The notes: generated by a model from the sequence alone, not told the origin. A stretch of DNA of 63,237 nucleotides, filler included, from Octopus bimaculoides (GCF_001194135.2; 6 parts of 4 records of this genome joined end to end with filler, not necessarily neighbours in it), one strand, 5' to 3'. Numbered from the whole stretch's first letter, positions 36,560 through 49,814 are shown. Made by a program: numbers and translations.

Positions 36560-37190
36560 ACTAGAAACTTACCCTAAATTGAGGGTAACATCTAGGAAAT
36601 TAGCTATTTTGGTAGTATTATCGACGGTTATATTTAAATTATATTTCTTTAAAAATTTTAATAAGACTTTTCTAGTTTTATCTCTATTTCGTAGTGATGT
36701 ATTAGGGATCACAAATAAGCCATCATCTTTATAAAGGCCTCCTTTAATAGTGCGAAAACTATTTTTATTTCAGAAAGTAGAAAGTGGCCCTCCAAATCAG
36801 TAACCTGGGCCGAATCCGCTGACCCTATTGTTATATTGACGTTATTCTGAGTATAACTTCGAGTCCATTCCTTCTTATTAAATGCGATTAGGGTTTTCCT
36901 AGCATTTAAAATGATATCCTTTTCCAAAGGGGATATCATTGCCTTATCTAAAAACTCTGGAGTTATTGATTGGTAATGATTGTCAATATCGAACGGCAAA
37001 AGTTTGTCTTACTTTTTTATTATGTAGGGAAACGAACCATGTGATAACGTCTCCAGTAGTTTGCCATAAAGGTAAATTATTATTACTACGTCTAGTGTGC
37101 GGGAGAATTTTTTATACAGGGAGTTGAATTTGGATTATTTCCTAAAGCTCTTTAAAACTTTTCTGAAACGGCCGTAGGTTTGGACTGATC
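36560..37190 (-). pseudogene. Penelope-like reverse transcriptase relic
   Basis: FDIDNHYQSIT, ILNARKTL, NITIGSADSAQVTDL.G.FLLSEI, (Y)KDDGL, ANFLDVTLNL are decayed PLE RT motifs. Confidence 0.7.
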
Positions 37191-37548
37191 CTTTCAATCA
37201 CTTCCTTTAAACTATTCTAACTATATTTTCTACTTTCATGCTACTCCTTATATTTTTTTTATTTTATATAATTTTTATTTTTATGTTTGTATTTTTATAT
37301 TTCTATATTTTATCATCTATGTCTTAATATAAATATGTGGTTATTTGAATGGAATAATATCTCATGTCATACATCTGAATTATGAATTTGCTTGGCTGAA
37401 TGTTTAAGACAAATAACTGAAATTTCTATTTTATACCAAATTTTATTAATCTTTAGCTCACATACGAGCGAAAAAAAAATCGTTGTACTATATAGTGGAG
37501 CTTTATCTACATTAAAAGTCTCGTATTCTATATGCATATAATGTGTGT

Positions 37549-37654
<106 letters not shown>

Positions 37655-39190
37655 CGGTATGGTTAGGTATAGTCAGTGGTCACTAGTTGTAACGGTAGTT
37701 GAGGTGATAATTGCTGGCTGTGAGCAGTTAACGATTTGTAATGGGTGTTGATGTTGCAGATGTGCAAGATGGGATCGAAGTAGTAAACAAATATTTATTT
37801 AGCGTTACTTTGTATAATGCCATGCCTCGACGAGCAGGTGTGTAATATAGTGGAAAAGCATACGAGGTTAAGAAAGTTAGTTTCTTCCTGTATAGGTGTG
37901 TACGTGTTTGTAATTCTAGCAGTAAGGAAGATAGAGACAGAGTGATGTTGCAGAGAAGAGAAAGTGAGTTAGAGAGTCGAGGGAAGTTGTATGTACCATT
38001 GTAGGTGATTGTAAGTTTCTTTCTCCCTTTGGCCGTTTGTCTCAAGTGGCTGTCTGCCTGTGGCTATCTCTAATTATCCCTGTTCACTAATTGATTTTGA
38101 CTTACCAAATTCTAGTATTTATAACCAAGCAAAACCAGTAAGAAGAAGAGACAAATTGTTGAGAACAATAGATTTCGTTAGGAGTTTGTTATCCCAATTC
38201 AACTTTTGGTGAAATAGAAGAGGTTACAAGGGTTAAATGGTAAGGATATCAATCAGCTTAGCAAAAGCCATGTGTTCATTTTAATTGTTGTCAACTCAAT
38301 TTTTCTTCTGTGAGAAAAGTGTTGTTGAAATATGGGAAATTTGTCGATTCAGGTTCGAAACTCCTCTATGNNNNNNNNNNNNNNNNNNNNNNNNNNNNNN
38401 NNNNNNNNNNNNNNNNNNNNNNNNNNNNNNNNNNNNNNNNNNNNNNNNNNNNNNNNNNNNNNNNNNNNNNNNNNNNNNNNNNNNNNNNNNNNNNNNNNNN
38501 NNNNNNNNNNNNNNNNNNNNNNNNNNNNNNNNNNNNNNNNGCATACATACATATATGCATGCATGCATACATACATACATACATACATACATACATACAT
38601 ACATACATACATACATACGTATGGGAAATGAAAATATATGAAACAATTATTTACGTCATATACTCGTATAAAAAGTGTCTATGCGTATTAGATATATGTA
38701 CAAACGTATTCACACCGACACACATCTGTGCGTGTATATGTTTGTATATGTGTCTATGTATGCATGTACTTATATACATATATATATACGTACATATATT
38801 ATATGTATATATGCATACATATAAGTACAATAGAACAATAAACAATACACATCGTGTACAATACTTACAGTATACAATGTAAACACCATACAATATACAC
38901 AGTATGCAATACACACTGGATACAATATACACATTATACTTGAAGACTTGAGGGCTGTAATGCCAATGAGTACGTATGTTTACTGCTAGATTGCACTTGT
39001 GATGTGAGTTTTGCGTCAGTGAATGTGCGTGTGTGTGCATGTGCGAGTGTGTATGTGTGTTTTATATTGAAAGCAAGATCTTGTTCTGCTTTTTGTTTCA
39101 TTTTATCAGTTCCATTATATTTCTATTGTTTAATGTAACGATGTTCCAAATTTCATCTTCAGTATTAACTGTACTTTCACAAACTCATGT

Positions 39191-39330
39191 TCAGGATGCA
39201 TTGAAGCTGTCGCACATTACTCGTTCGCTATAAGGGGCATAACCAGTTTGATTAATGTAGACATTGCAACCAGGATTTGAATATTTTACCGTTACATTTT
39301 TTGTCATCAGTTTTATATTTATTTTTGTTC
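39191..39330 (-). pseudogene. Possible GIY-YIG fragment
   Basis: VTVKYSNPGCNVYINQT resembles the VVY..SC..C...YIGQT motif. Confidence 0.3.
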
Positions 39331-39379
39331 GCAGCTGGTATATTATTTTTATGTTTATTTTAACAATGTGCCGTGTTAT

Positions 39380-39680
39380 GAATATTGTTTCCATCATTAA
39401 TTGTTTTCTGATGAAAATTTTCTAAAGTATCGATGTGTTTTTTTACTAATGAGTTATCAGTATGGCTTCAATCATTAATAGTCTCTTTTATAAGAGGTTT
39501 TGTAAAGTATACATTTTTTATTTCCTAATTTATATAAGCTTTGCTTCTATAATTAATTATCCCTTTCCTACTTAAGATTCTGTAAAGTATCGATGTGTCG
39601 TCTACTAATGCTTTATCCGTATTGCTTCTTTCATTAACTCTCATTTTCAGTGGGGGATTTTGTAAAGTATACATGTGTTT
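39380..39680. repeat. 80-bp minisatellite, left part (4 units)
   Basis: Anchor TAAAGTAT at 39423, 39503, 39583, 39663. Confidence 0.85.
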
Positions 39681-39689
39681 TTTTTATCT

Positions 39690-40635
39690 TTTCCCTTGTA
39701 CTAGTTTCAGCCAGAAGCTGGGACCAAGCTGGAGAATTGCCTTTTCTGTACTGTTTCTAGTGAAGTAATGAGTTGGACGGAACTAATCTTCTTTGTGCTT
39801 GCTGCTGTGATGTGGCTTCATCTGGTACCTCAGGTAAAATATTTGTCCAGATGCGTTTTAAAGACCTCTGCACCCACGCCTCGCCAATCTCTGAGGTTGT
39901 TTGTCAGAATGATGAATGGTTATGAACCCTTGAAACTTAAGCTTTTGCAGTACTGGGCCCTTCTATTCTAGATGGAGGAGAAGATTTTTGGTACTATGTA
40001 GTACCGTGCAGTTCGGTGGTTGGTATAGCTTTCCGTTCCAAACTTGGGAGCTAGACTTTCCAGGATCTTCCACATATATATATATCACTGCATATCTTTC
40101 ACGCCTTCTCTCTGGGGAGTAACGCTTCAGTTTCTTTAACTTCTCTCAGTAGCTTATCTGTTGCACCGGGTCAATTTTGTATGTGTTGGGGTGCTGGATT
40201 GCCTCAAGTTCCGCCACCAATTTGACGATCTGTGTTGACCACAGTTGGAAACATTAATAAAGATGACTTAGAACGAAAATTATCCATAGGAGTAGCATGG
40301 TATCCTTTTTGCTGATTCTGAATGATCTCAGAATCCATCTAGCAACTCGCCTGCGCATTGTTGCCATCTTGGAATATTGTATCATTATTTATGTGGATTC
40401 CCAGGTCACGCATGTGGATTGTCAGGTCGGCTGCACTACCCGCTGGTCCTGTGTATTCCGATTGTAGTCTGTCTATGGGCCGCGAGATGTTATTTTCACC
40501 AGTCCATTTATATATCGCATTGAAGTCGTTTTGCAGTTTTAATATGTCAATAAGGTCTTTGATCGTCTGTGATACATTTGTATCATCACTGAAGACGGTG
40601 AGATTGGCTGACTGCATGGCTAAGGGCATGTCTGA
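39690..40635 (-). mobile_element. CR1/L2-like LINE 3' fragment
   Basis: NLTVFSDDT...LQNDFNAIYKWTGENN, MRDLGIH, FKTHLDKYF..VPDE motifs; internally deleted and disabled. Confidence 0.75.
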
Positions 40636-40639
40636 GAGA

Positions 40640-40797
40640 GCGTATAAGCTTACTAATGTTTTAAAAGCATTGCTTCTATAATTAATTATCTGTTTTCTGC
40701 GGGAAATTCCGTAAAGTGCTGATATGTTGTTTACAAATATTTTATCAGTATTGTTCAATCATTAATTGCCTGTTCTGTGGGGAATTTCCGTAAAGTA
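40640..40797. repeat. 80-bp minisatellite, right part (2 units)
   Basis: TACTAATG...TTGCTTCTATAATTAATTATC...TAAAGT, with anchors at 40712 and 40791, matches the left units. Confidence 0.8.
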
Positions 40798-41161
40798 AAA
40801 ATGTTTAGCTCTCTTGTGATTTCCTGTCAAATTTCGCTCATTTAAAAAGTTCTCAGAGACATTTAAGGAAAGTGACGAACTAGGCAATATCTCTAGCTTA
40901 GATATACAACGTTTGTTTAGCAAATTTTCGTGAGTAGAAACTATATAAAATGTATTGAATAACGGATACAAGCACGCAATATTAAAACGATTCATTATTC
41001 CATCAAACATTCTGGAAAAATATTTAGCCCAGAGGTTAATATGTTGGATATATGCTACACACATATATTCATTGTAGGAGCAGTACCGACTGCATAGGTG
41101 GTGCTCCGGCATGGCTACAGCCCTCGGTTTGAAACTAATAAAAGAATAAAAGAGTATAAAC

Positions 41162-41215
<54 letters not shown>

Positions 41216-41346
41216 ACAGACAGACAGACAGGCGGACAGGCGGACAGGCGGACAGGCGGACAGGCGGACAGGCGGACGGACGGACAGATTGACAGATGGA
41301 CGGATGGATGGATATATATATATACATGTACGTATGTATGTATAAA

Positions 41347-41648
41347 TAAAGACCCCCTTGGGTCATGAATGATCATGGGATTGCACCTAGAAAGTTCCCC
41401 TCCGAGATACAAGTCCAGGCAAGATTGTTTATGAAAACCAGCAGTTGTCCATGCATACCAGCCTCCCTTCTCCATGCCACTGATGTTATCTAAGGGAAAG
41501 GTAAAGAGGCCGATACAGCTTGGCACCAGTGACGTCGCAGCTCATTTCTGCAAATGAGTGAACTGGAGCAATGTGAAATAAAGTGCTTTGCTCAAGAACT
41601 CAACACACAGCCTGGTCCAGGAATCAAACTCACTACCTCATGATTATG
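41347..41648 (-). mobile_element. SINE family E (family C-like 5' region, different tail)
   Basis: GATTCCTGGACC...TCTTGAGCAAAGCACTTTATTTCAC shared with family C; distinct 3' CTTTCTAGGTGCAATCCCATGATCATTCATGACC tail. Confidence 0.7.
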
Positions 41649-41989
41649 AAATCGATGTATGTATCTATCTATGTATGTATGTATTTATGGATGCATGCAT
41701 GTATGTATGCACGTACTTATGTATGCACGTATTTATGCATGCATGTACGGGTGTATGTTAATGTGTGTGCATGTACTCGCAAGGAGAGTGTCGAAAATGT
41801 CTTCGATGTTTTGGCTTGCTCCCTGTTATCAGACTGTCTGATGATGGGGAAGGCATTTGGCGGAAAAGTTTACATGAAGTCAACCAGTATATAAGAAACA
41901 AAAACGGCGTCAAATATATCCAGTTCTCGAAAATGTAACTGTGAAAGATCTGGAAATGTCGAATATGTATTAAAAAAATTCCATTCTTC

Positions 41990-42188
41990 TAAGCCACAAG
42001 GGGCTAAACAAGGACAGACAAAGGGATTAAGTCGACCTCAGTGTCTAACTGGTACTTAATTTATCGACCCCGAAAGGATGAAAGGTAAAGTCGACCCCAG
42101 TGGAATTTGAACTCAGAACGTAGCGGCAGACGAAATACCGTTAAGCATTTCGCCCGGCGTGCTAACGTTTCTGCCAGATCGCTGCCTT
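41990..42188 (-). mobile_element. SINE family B
   Basis: CTGGTACTTAATTTATCGACCCCGAAAGGATGAAAGG core and head identical in layout to 13185-13442. Confidence 0.85.
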
Positions 42189-42652
42189 TATATTCGTTAT
42201 TATTATTGGGAAAACAATAACGTATATGGCTTGAGATGTTTGTCTTACCTTAACGTTTATTGTTCTCTTTAACAATTATACATATATATATATGTAATTT
42301 TCTTTTTTGGTTTGCAACAGCGAATCTCGAAGTACACACCAAGCTGTAGATAATAGTAAGTAAATATTGAATTGGAAATCTCATTTGAATAGAAAAAAAA
42401 ATCGAAGGCTGCTCGTGGGACCGACATCCCCTTTCACTTTTTCTATCCTAAAAAGTTTTCCAACTCAATATTTAGCTTTATGCGTGCTTCGAAGTACACT
42501 GTTCCAAAAAGAGAGCTATTTCACGATCTCCCGAAAGTTTATAAATTCTCATGACGTCAACATCTACACACACACAAACATACGTATCATATATATATAT
42601 GTATGTGTGTATATGTCTATGTGTGTAGGTATGTATGTATGTATGTATGTAT

Positions 42653-42947
42653 GAACCCATGGAAAACAAACCTCACCCAGCTATTCTGATTATATATCTG
42701 TGCACACGTTTGAATGTGGTGTGTGCCAGAGGGTTTGCAAATCCAATGGGGGTCTTAAAAGACATGTTAGGATCCACAATGAGCAGAACTTACTTGCAGG
42801 TATTGGTAGTGCAAATCAGAGGTGCAATCTGTGTGGGTGTTTTTTCAAAACACTGTCTGGTTTAAAAAGCCACATCAGACGCCATGAAAGGGCTAAGGTG
42901 TAGGTGCAGGAGGTGGTCAAACTCTGTTTAAGGAGTAGACAACCACC
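42653..42947 (+). mobile_element. Probable 5'-truncated LINE 3' end encoding two C2H2 zinc fingers
   Basis: Open frame THGKQ...CGVCQRVCKSNGGLKRHVRIH...CNLCGCFFKTLSGLKSHIRRH...* (stop 42901-42903), 44-bp hairpin 3'UTR, (TATG)n on both sides. Confidence 0.6.
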
Positions 42948-43396
42948 ATGTATGTATGTATGTATGTATATTCAGTGGAGGCAAGCAATATTACTCACAA
43001 AACTTAGAGATTTGTAACCCAGATCAATAAATCATTTGTTTATTAAAACTTCGGCTTAAAACACGAGATTCGTGTTGTTCTGGCTCTCGCTTACGTAAAA
43101 CGGTTGTGGTCACGTGGGATATTGTTTATACGAAAACGTGTAACAACTAACGATAAACGATAAAGATAATAATAATAATTATNNNNNNNNNNNNNNNNNN
43201 NNNNNNNNNNNNNNNNNNNNNNNNNNTTAATTAATTAANNNNNNNNNNNNNNNNNNNNNNNNNNNNNNNNNNNNNNNNNNNNATAAAATTACGCGTACAA
43301 ACAGAAATTCATATACACACACACTTGTGCTCCGCTACCCGCTACGTATGTGTATGCGTGTGTGTAGCTGCGTATATATATGCTATGTATGCCTAC

Positions 43397-43444
<48 letters not shown>

Positions 43445-43692
43445 TTATGCATACATGCAGGTATATATATATATGTAAAAAAGGGTCACCTAAGTGTGAA
43501 AACATTTCACCAAATTAACAAGCTATTCAGAATAGGTTTCATGCTGTTACGAAAAAGTTTGGTGTTTAAATACGAAGTTCACCTGTCATACTAATAGTTC
43601 AGCCGGTGTGCTTTCTATTGGGAATTTCACTCACTACCTGCCTACTTTTGTCTCTCTACTCATCTGTGTGTTTGTGTGTCTGTTTGTGTCTA

Positions 43693-43758
<66 letters not shown>

Positions 43759-43903
43759 CCTATCTATCTATCTATATCTTTTGTATGCATATATATTTTT
43801 CTCTTCTTTTTTCTGTCCTTTTCTTTCTCTCCTTGTTCCTCTCCTTTTTTTCTCTTCTTTTTCTTTTCTCTCTTATTTTTTTCTCTCCTTGTTTCTTTCT
43901 GTA

Positions 43904-43941
43904 GAAGAGCGTAGGCTCGAAACGTTAAAGACTTTTTCAAT
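43904..43941 (+). ncRNA. Minimal type I hammerhead-ribozyme-like motif (A6U variant)
   Basis: TCTTT-CTGTAGA-A-GAGC-GTAG-GCTC-GAAA-C-GT-T-AAAGA: 5-bp stem I, 4-bp stem II, palindromic ACGT stem III. Confidence 0.55.
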
Positions 43942-44061
43942 TCCAGAGCGTTATACTAATACATCTGTTTGTTTTCAACACCACCTGTCTTCGTCTGTTG
44001 TTTTTTTTATGAATTCTTCCTTTATATATGCGTGTGTGTATGTATATGTATATGTATGTAA

Positions 44062-44096
<35 letters not shown>

Positions 44097-45291
44097 TGTG
44101 TGTATGTATGTATATATATATATATATATATATATGCATATATATATATATATATATATANNNNNNNNNNNNNNNNNNNNNNNNNNNNNNNNNNNNNNNN
44201 NNNNNNNNNNNNNNNNNNNNNNNNNNNNNNNNNNNNNNNNNNNNNNNNNNNNNNNNNNNNNNNNNNNNNNNNNNNNNNNNNNNNNNNNNNNNNNNNNNNN
44301 NNNNNNNNNNNNNNNNNNNNNNNNNNNNNNNNNNNNNNNNNNNNNNNNNNNNNNNNNNNNNNNNNNNNNNNNNNNNNNNNNNNNNNNNNNNNNNNNNNNN
44401 NNNNNNNNNNNNNNNNNNNNNNNNNNNNNNNNNNNNNNNNNNNNNNNNNNNNNNNNNNNNNNNNNNNNNNNNNNNNNNNNNNNNNNNNNNNNNNNNNNNN
44501 NNNNNNNNNNNNNNNNNNNNNNNNNNNNNNNNNNNNNNNNNNNNNNNNNNNNNNNNNNNNNNNNNNNNNNNNNNNNNNNNNNNNNNNNNNNNNNNNNNNN
44601 NNNNNNNNNNNNNNNNNNNNNNNNNNNNNNNNNNNNNNNNNNNNNNNNNNNNNNNNNNNNNNNNNNNNNNNNNNNNNNNNNNNNNNNNNNNNNNNNNNNN
44701 NNNNNNNNNNNNNNNNNNNNNNNNNNNNNNNNNNNNNNNNNNNNNNNNNNNNNNNNNNNNNNNNNNNNNNNNNNNNNNNNNNNNNNNNNNNNNNNNNNNN
44801 NNNNNNNNNNNNNNNNNNNNNNNNNNNNNNNNNNNNNNNNNNNNNNNNNNNNNNNNNNNNNNNNNNNNNNNNNNNNNNNNNNNNNNNNNNNNNNNNNNNN
44901 NNNTATACACACACTAATTGATAGATCGATAGATACATATATACAGATAAGCCAGTGCTGTGTCCTACCGAGTTAGAGATAACTTTAAAAAGATATCTAA
45001 TATAAATATTTTCGGTGTTACGCAAGAATATTCAATAAGATTCAGACTTACATTTCCACCCCGTTCCTTTGACTTATTGTATGCTTTGCTATTGCCGCGA
45101 AAGCGTGTGTACAAGCAGATTTCGATTCTAGTTGTAGGTGGTGTGTTGTATTCTTGGACAAATCACTCGTTGTTCCAGACCACTCAGCTTGGTCACTTCC
45201 ATAGCAAGGAACCTAGGTGACCGGCCCTTTGAATCCTACGGTTCGAGACAACACTTTGTTTTGCTTTTACCACTTACGTTTTTGTATTTCC

Positions 45292-45670
45292 GGCGTGGCT
45301 GTGTGGCAAGATGCTTGCTTCCTAACACATGGTTCTGGGTTCAGTCCCACTGCGTGGCACCTTGATCAGGTTCTTCTACTATAGCTTCGGGCCGATCAAA
45401 CCTTGCGAGTGGATTGGCCCGTTGTATATATACATATTTCTATATATATATGTGTGTTTGTGCGTGTCTTTGTGTCTGTTTGTCCCCCAACACCGCTTGA
45501 GAAGTGTTGTGTTTACTTCTCTGTAAATTAGCAGTTTGGTAAAAAGACACCAATAGACTAAGTATAAAGCTTAAAAATCAAATAAATCCTGGTGTCGATT
45601 CATTCACAAAAAAAAAAAAAATATTCAAGGTGGTACCCCAGCATAGCCGAAGTCACACGACTGAAACAAG
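45292..45670 (+). mobile_element. SINE family A
   Basis: GGCGTGGCTGTGTGG...GGTTCAGTCCCACTGCGTGGCACCTTG...GACTGAAACAAGTA. Confidence 0.85.
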
Positions 45671-46930
45671 TAATCTAAAAAAAATAGGCACAAACGACTC
45701 AAAAACACAACAGCACCTAAATGGCAACGAGTAAAAACAGAGGTAGCATGCAGTTTAAAGATTTAAGAGAAAAATTGAAGTAAATTGAGTGGAGTGACGA
45801 CAGTGACATCCCAAAATCTTACAAAGAGAACATAAGGAAAACATGTGAAATCTTAATTTTATTAACGGAACTCCCTCATTTGGCCGTGTCATCAAGCTTT
45901 TACTTCAATAGTACCTTCTAGTAATATCTTAAGTATTTCAGAAATTACAGCTGGGAACCGAACGTTTCAATGGACTAAATATAATTGTCATAAATACAAT
46001 TGTTTTCATCTAACGTAAAAAATACATCCGTTCTCTACTTTGGCTATATTACATTGATATATCGTTTATATGAAAATAATGAATANNNNNNNNNNNNNNN
46101 NNNNNNNNNNNNNNNNNNNNNNNNNNNNNNNNNNNNNNNNNNNNNNNNNNNNNNNNNNNNNNNNNNNNNNNNNNNNNNNNNNNNNNNNNNNNNNNNNNNN
46201 NNNNNNNNNNNNNNNNNNNNNNNNNNNNNNNNNNNNNNNNNNNNNNNNNNNNNNNNNNNNNNNNNNNNNNNNNNNNNNNNNNNNNNNNNNNNNNNNNNNN
46301 NNNNNNNNNNNNNNNNNNNNNNNNNNNNNNNNNNNNNNNNNNNNNNNNNNNNNNNNNNNNNNNNNNNNNNNNNNNNNNNNNNNNNNNNNNNNNNNNNNNN
46401 NNNNNNNNNNNNNNNNNNNNNNNNNNNNNNNNNNNNNNNNNNNNNNNNNNNNNNNNNNNNNNNNNNNNNNNNNNNNNNNNNNNNNNNNNNNNNNNNNNNN
46501 NNNNNNNNNNTATATATATATAGTTGAGTTTAGCTCTATCTGACCAGGGCCATCCCAGGTTTAAACAGCAATGAATGTTTCCTATATTATTTTCTTTACT
46601 TTTGCTCACCGTTTATTTGTTACGCATCCCCCCCACCCACTATTTCATATTCTGTTTTAGAACACGCTTGCTAGCTTCCGGTATGTGGAACTTTCAACTG
46701 GTAGCACTTGTGTCTGCAAGTTGTTTGCAAGAACATATACGTACATGTGTGTGTCTGTGTGTGTGTGTGTGTTATATTCGCCACACACGCATGCACAGTG
46801 ATGGCTATGTATGTTGCATACGTAAATACATATATGTCTGTGAGTATGTGTGCAATTTTAAAAGCGGTACCAAAATCATTTAAACAGACACACAGGCATA
46901 TACACGATCGTAAATATAAAAAAACGTGTG

Positions 46931-46988
<58 letters not shown>

Positions 46989-47298
46989 GTCGCACGCACA
47001 CACACAAATACACACACATACACATATACAAACATACATAAATACATGTATATTTAAATACATATAAATAGAAGTGTATATATATCTATATATATCTATA
47101 TATATATATATANNNNNNNNNNNNNNNNNNNNNNNNNNNNNNNNNNNNNNNNNNNNTTAATTAATTAANNNNNNNNNNNNNNNNNNNNNNNNNNNNNNNN
47201 NNNNNNNNNNNNTATACACACATATATACATACAGATATATATATTTATGCAGAAAGCTATATATGTATGTATGCATGTAATCATGTATGTATGTATG

Positions 47299-47330
<32 letters not shown>

Positions 47331-49697
47331 TACAGCTATATATATTTCTGACGTGTCAACTAATAATGCCTATAAACACTAACTAGTTATTCCTCTATAT
47401 TTTTCCCCTCAATATTTTCCATCACATTAAAGCAAAGCAAGCTCAGTAGGCATACATTTGCAAATGTTTTTAATCCTTAACAGATTTTTAACCAGTCATA
47501 TTGTGGGGAAAATATATAGACAACCAACAACCATTGAGTGGGTTTATACGCTTCGTTTAATAACTCTCATTCTAAATATAACAATATTGGTTTCAACTCA
47601 CACTTTTAGAGCAAATTCGAAATCGATACTCACACGTGTATCAAATAGAAAAAGTTGGATTTAAAAGGATCAATGACATTCACAGTAAGCTCTTCATTTG
47701 GAATCGGTTATCAGTGTATATAGTAATCGTTTGCCGTGTAAGGGAAATTATAGGAAATCTAAACTATAGATTTTTACGCAAGGAATAAATAAAGCATAAG
47801 GTCAGGAGATGTGAGTGGTTAGTAGAGATTTATTTTTTCTATAAGGCTTCACGTGATTACAGTCGTTTAGTAACCTTCATCACGAAGGAATTCTCTTGTC
47901 AAAGATTAGAGTTTTGTATTTCTTTGAAATTAATAAATAACTCTCTTGAAAAAATCTGAAAACTTCTGGAATGACACTTGTACCAATTTCAGGCTTTAAA
48001 CGGGCAGAATCATAAAAGCGTTGCACTGGATTCAATGCTGTACTTATTCCGACCCTTTATGTTCATGTGCTATTTCGGTGAATGATTTAGTCCTTCGTCT
48101 CCCTCGTTTATTACCACCATTTGGCACTAGAAGTACTTTGAGTGGGGTCTAATCTGTTGCAAATGAATGCGTCAAGTCGCAAGATTTAAGATGCTTCCAC
48201 CGCTTTTTCATCAGTCCTGGAGATTGTAAAAAGAAGCACCAACACTGCTCTTCCTCCTGTCTAAAGGATAGTTGAAAAAACTCGTCACTATTTCAACAAC
48301 AAATATTTATGTATTAGGCAAATACAGAAGGTTATCCCTGACATGCTGTTATCATCTTAGTCCTTGTCAACAAAGTATACTCTTCTCTGTACTTAACAAA
48401 GTAATCGTAAGAACCTCTGAAGAGAGTGGAACAGCAGGTCTTCAGAGAAGAAGCCTCCTTCCTCAGGCAAGAGTTTCGGTCCTTCACTTTATATTCTTTA
48501 AGGAGTCGGGCCGGGTTCAGGCCATGACTCCTTGGTGCACTTCTGCTGTCACTTTAGCCACATTTATATCGGAGACTTGCGCATTTAAACCACTTGGAGA
48601 TTTCATCTAGTTGTAACTCCCCTCCGTTAACTCAGCTTTCAAGCATACTCGAAGAAGAAATAACGTTGGTTGTCATGGTAGCGGTGAAACGTCAACGTTA
48701 TCACGATAACTCACCCACATAAGTAGAAGTACAAAATTGTAACGTGGAGATGTAACATAGCATATTTAAAAGTAGATATCATTACAGATAACTACATCGA
48801 ATCAGCTTGTTTGACTGCAAAAGGATGTTGCGAACCTGCACCTATTATACTTTCCTTCAAACCTATTTGTAATACACTACCCCAGATTTTGCAGTAGATA
48901 AATAACATACTTTATATATAATCTATCTTCAGTAGTACAACTAATTCGTAATACACTATTTACAAAAGTATACTGCAGATAAAATAGGTTATGTGAACTC
49001 TCTTCAAAATACTACACCTGCTGGTTCCATATACTTGTAGAAACTTTTGTCAGCTCTACGAATAAGCGGATGCTCTTCAGGTATTCTTCACGTGCCAGAT
49101 TTGCTTCCCCATTTATATCAACAGCTGAATTGTTGTCACATTATTCCAGTTGCCATTTGCAATTCATTCTATTTCTTCTTTAAGCAAAAAAGATGAGAAT
49201 TTTCGATGAAGCAAAATAGATGAGAAGAAAAAATATATTGCATAACCCGAAGCAAAATTTGTTGCATACGGAAAGCTGAGGATCTTTAAAAAAAATATTG
49301 TTTGCGTCATGTTTTTTTCTTTTTCATGCGGTTAGCGAAAACGTGTAGAACACATCAATTTTAAGAAGACTATCTATTTACTTAGTTGTGTTTCTCTGGT
49401 GATTATTGATAAGAAAGTAGTCAGAAGTACTTAATTCTTCAAAAGTATTAATTACAAATATTACTTTTATTTTATGATGAGGAGACGTATTCATTCGAGA
49501 TAGTTTCTCTTTTATACACAGTTCCCTAAAATATTTTGTTCTTGTAGTTGTTGTTGCTGTTGCTGCTAGTATTATCTAGTTTGTTTTCTTTCAGTTGTTT
49601 CAGTTCTTATCACTGCAGCCATGCTGGAGCACTGCCTTTAAAGTCGATCGAGAAAGTCGTATTTTGAAGCTTGGTATGTATATACGTATGTATGTAA

Positions 49698-49735
<38 letters not shown>

Positions 49736-49814
49736 CTCTTAAAAGATAGAGCTCAAAATCAATGCATTGAAGATACTTTATTGCAGCAACAATTATAATA
49801 ACAGAAATAACCAC

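Noticed and set aside
42700-42903. Host C2H2 zinc-finger gene
   Set aside because: No TGEKP linker, no ATG or clear acceptor, and a hairpin plus microsatellite tail follows the stop; a LINE 3' end is the better explanation.
48050-49180. Host exons or an integrase remnant in a moderately GC-rich stretch
   Set aside because: All frames are interrupted within about 45 codons and no motif could be assigned with confidence.
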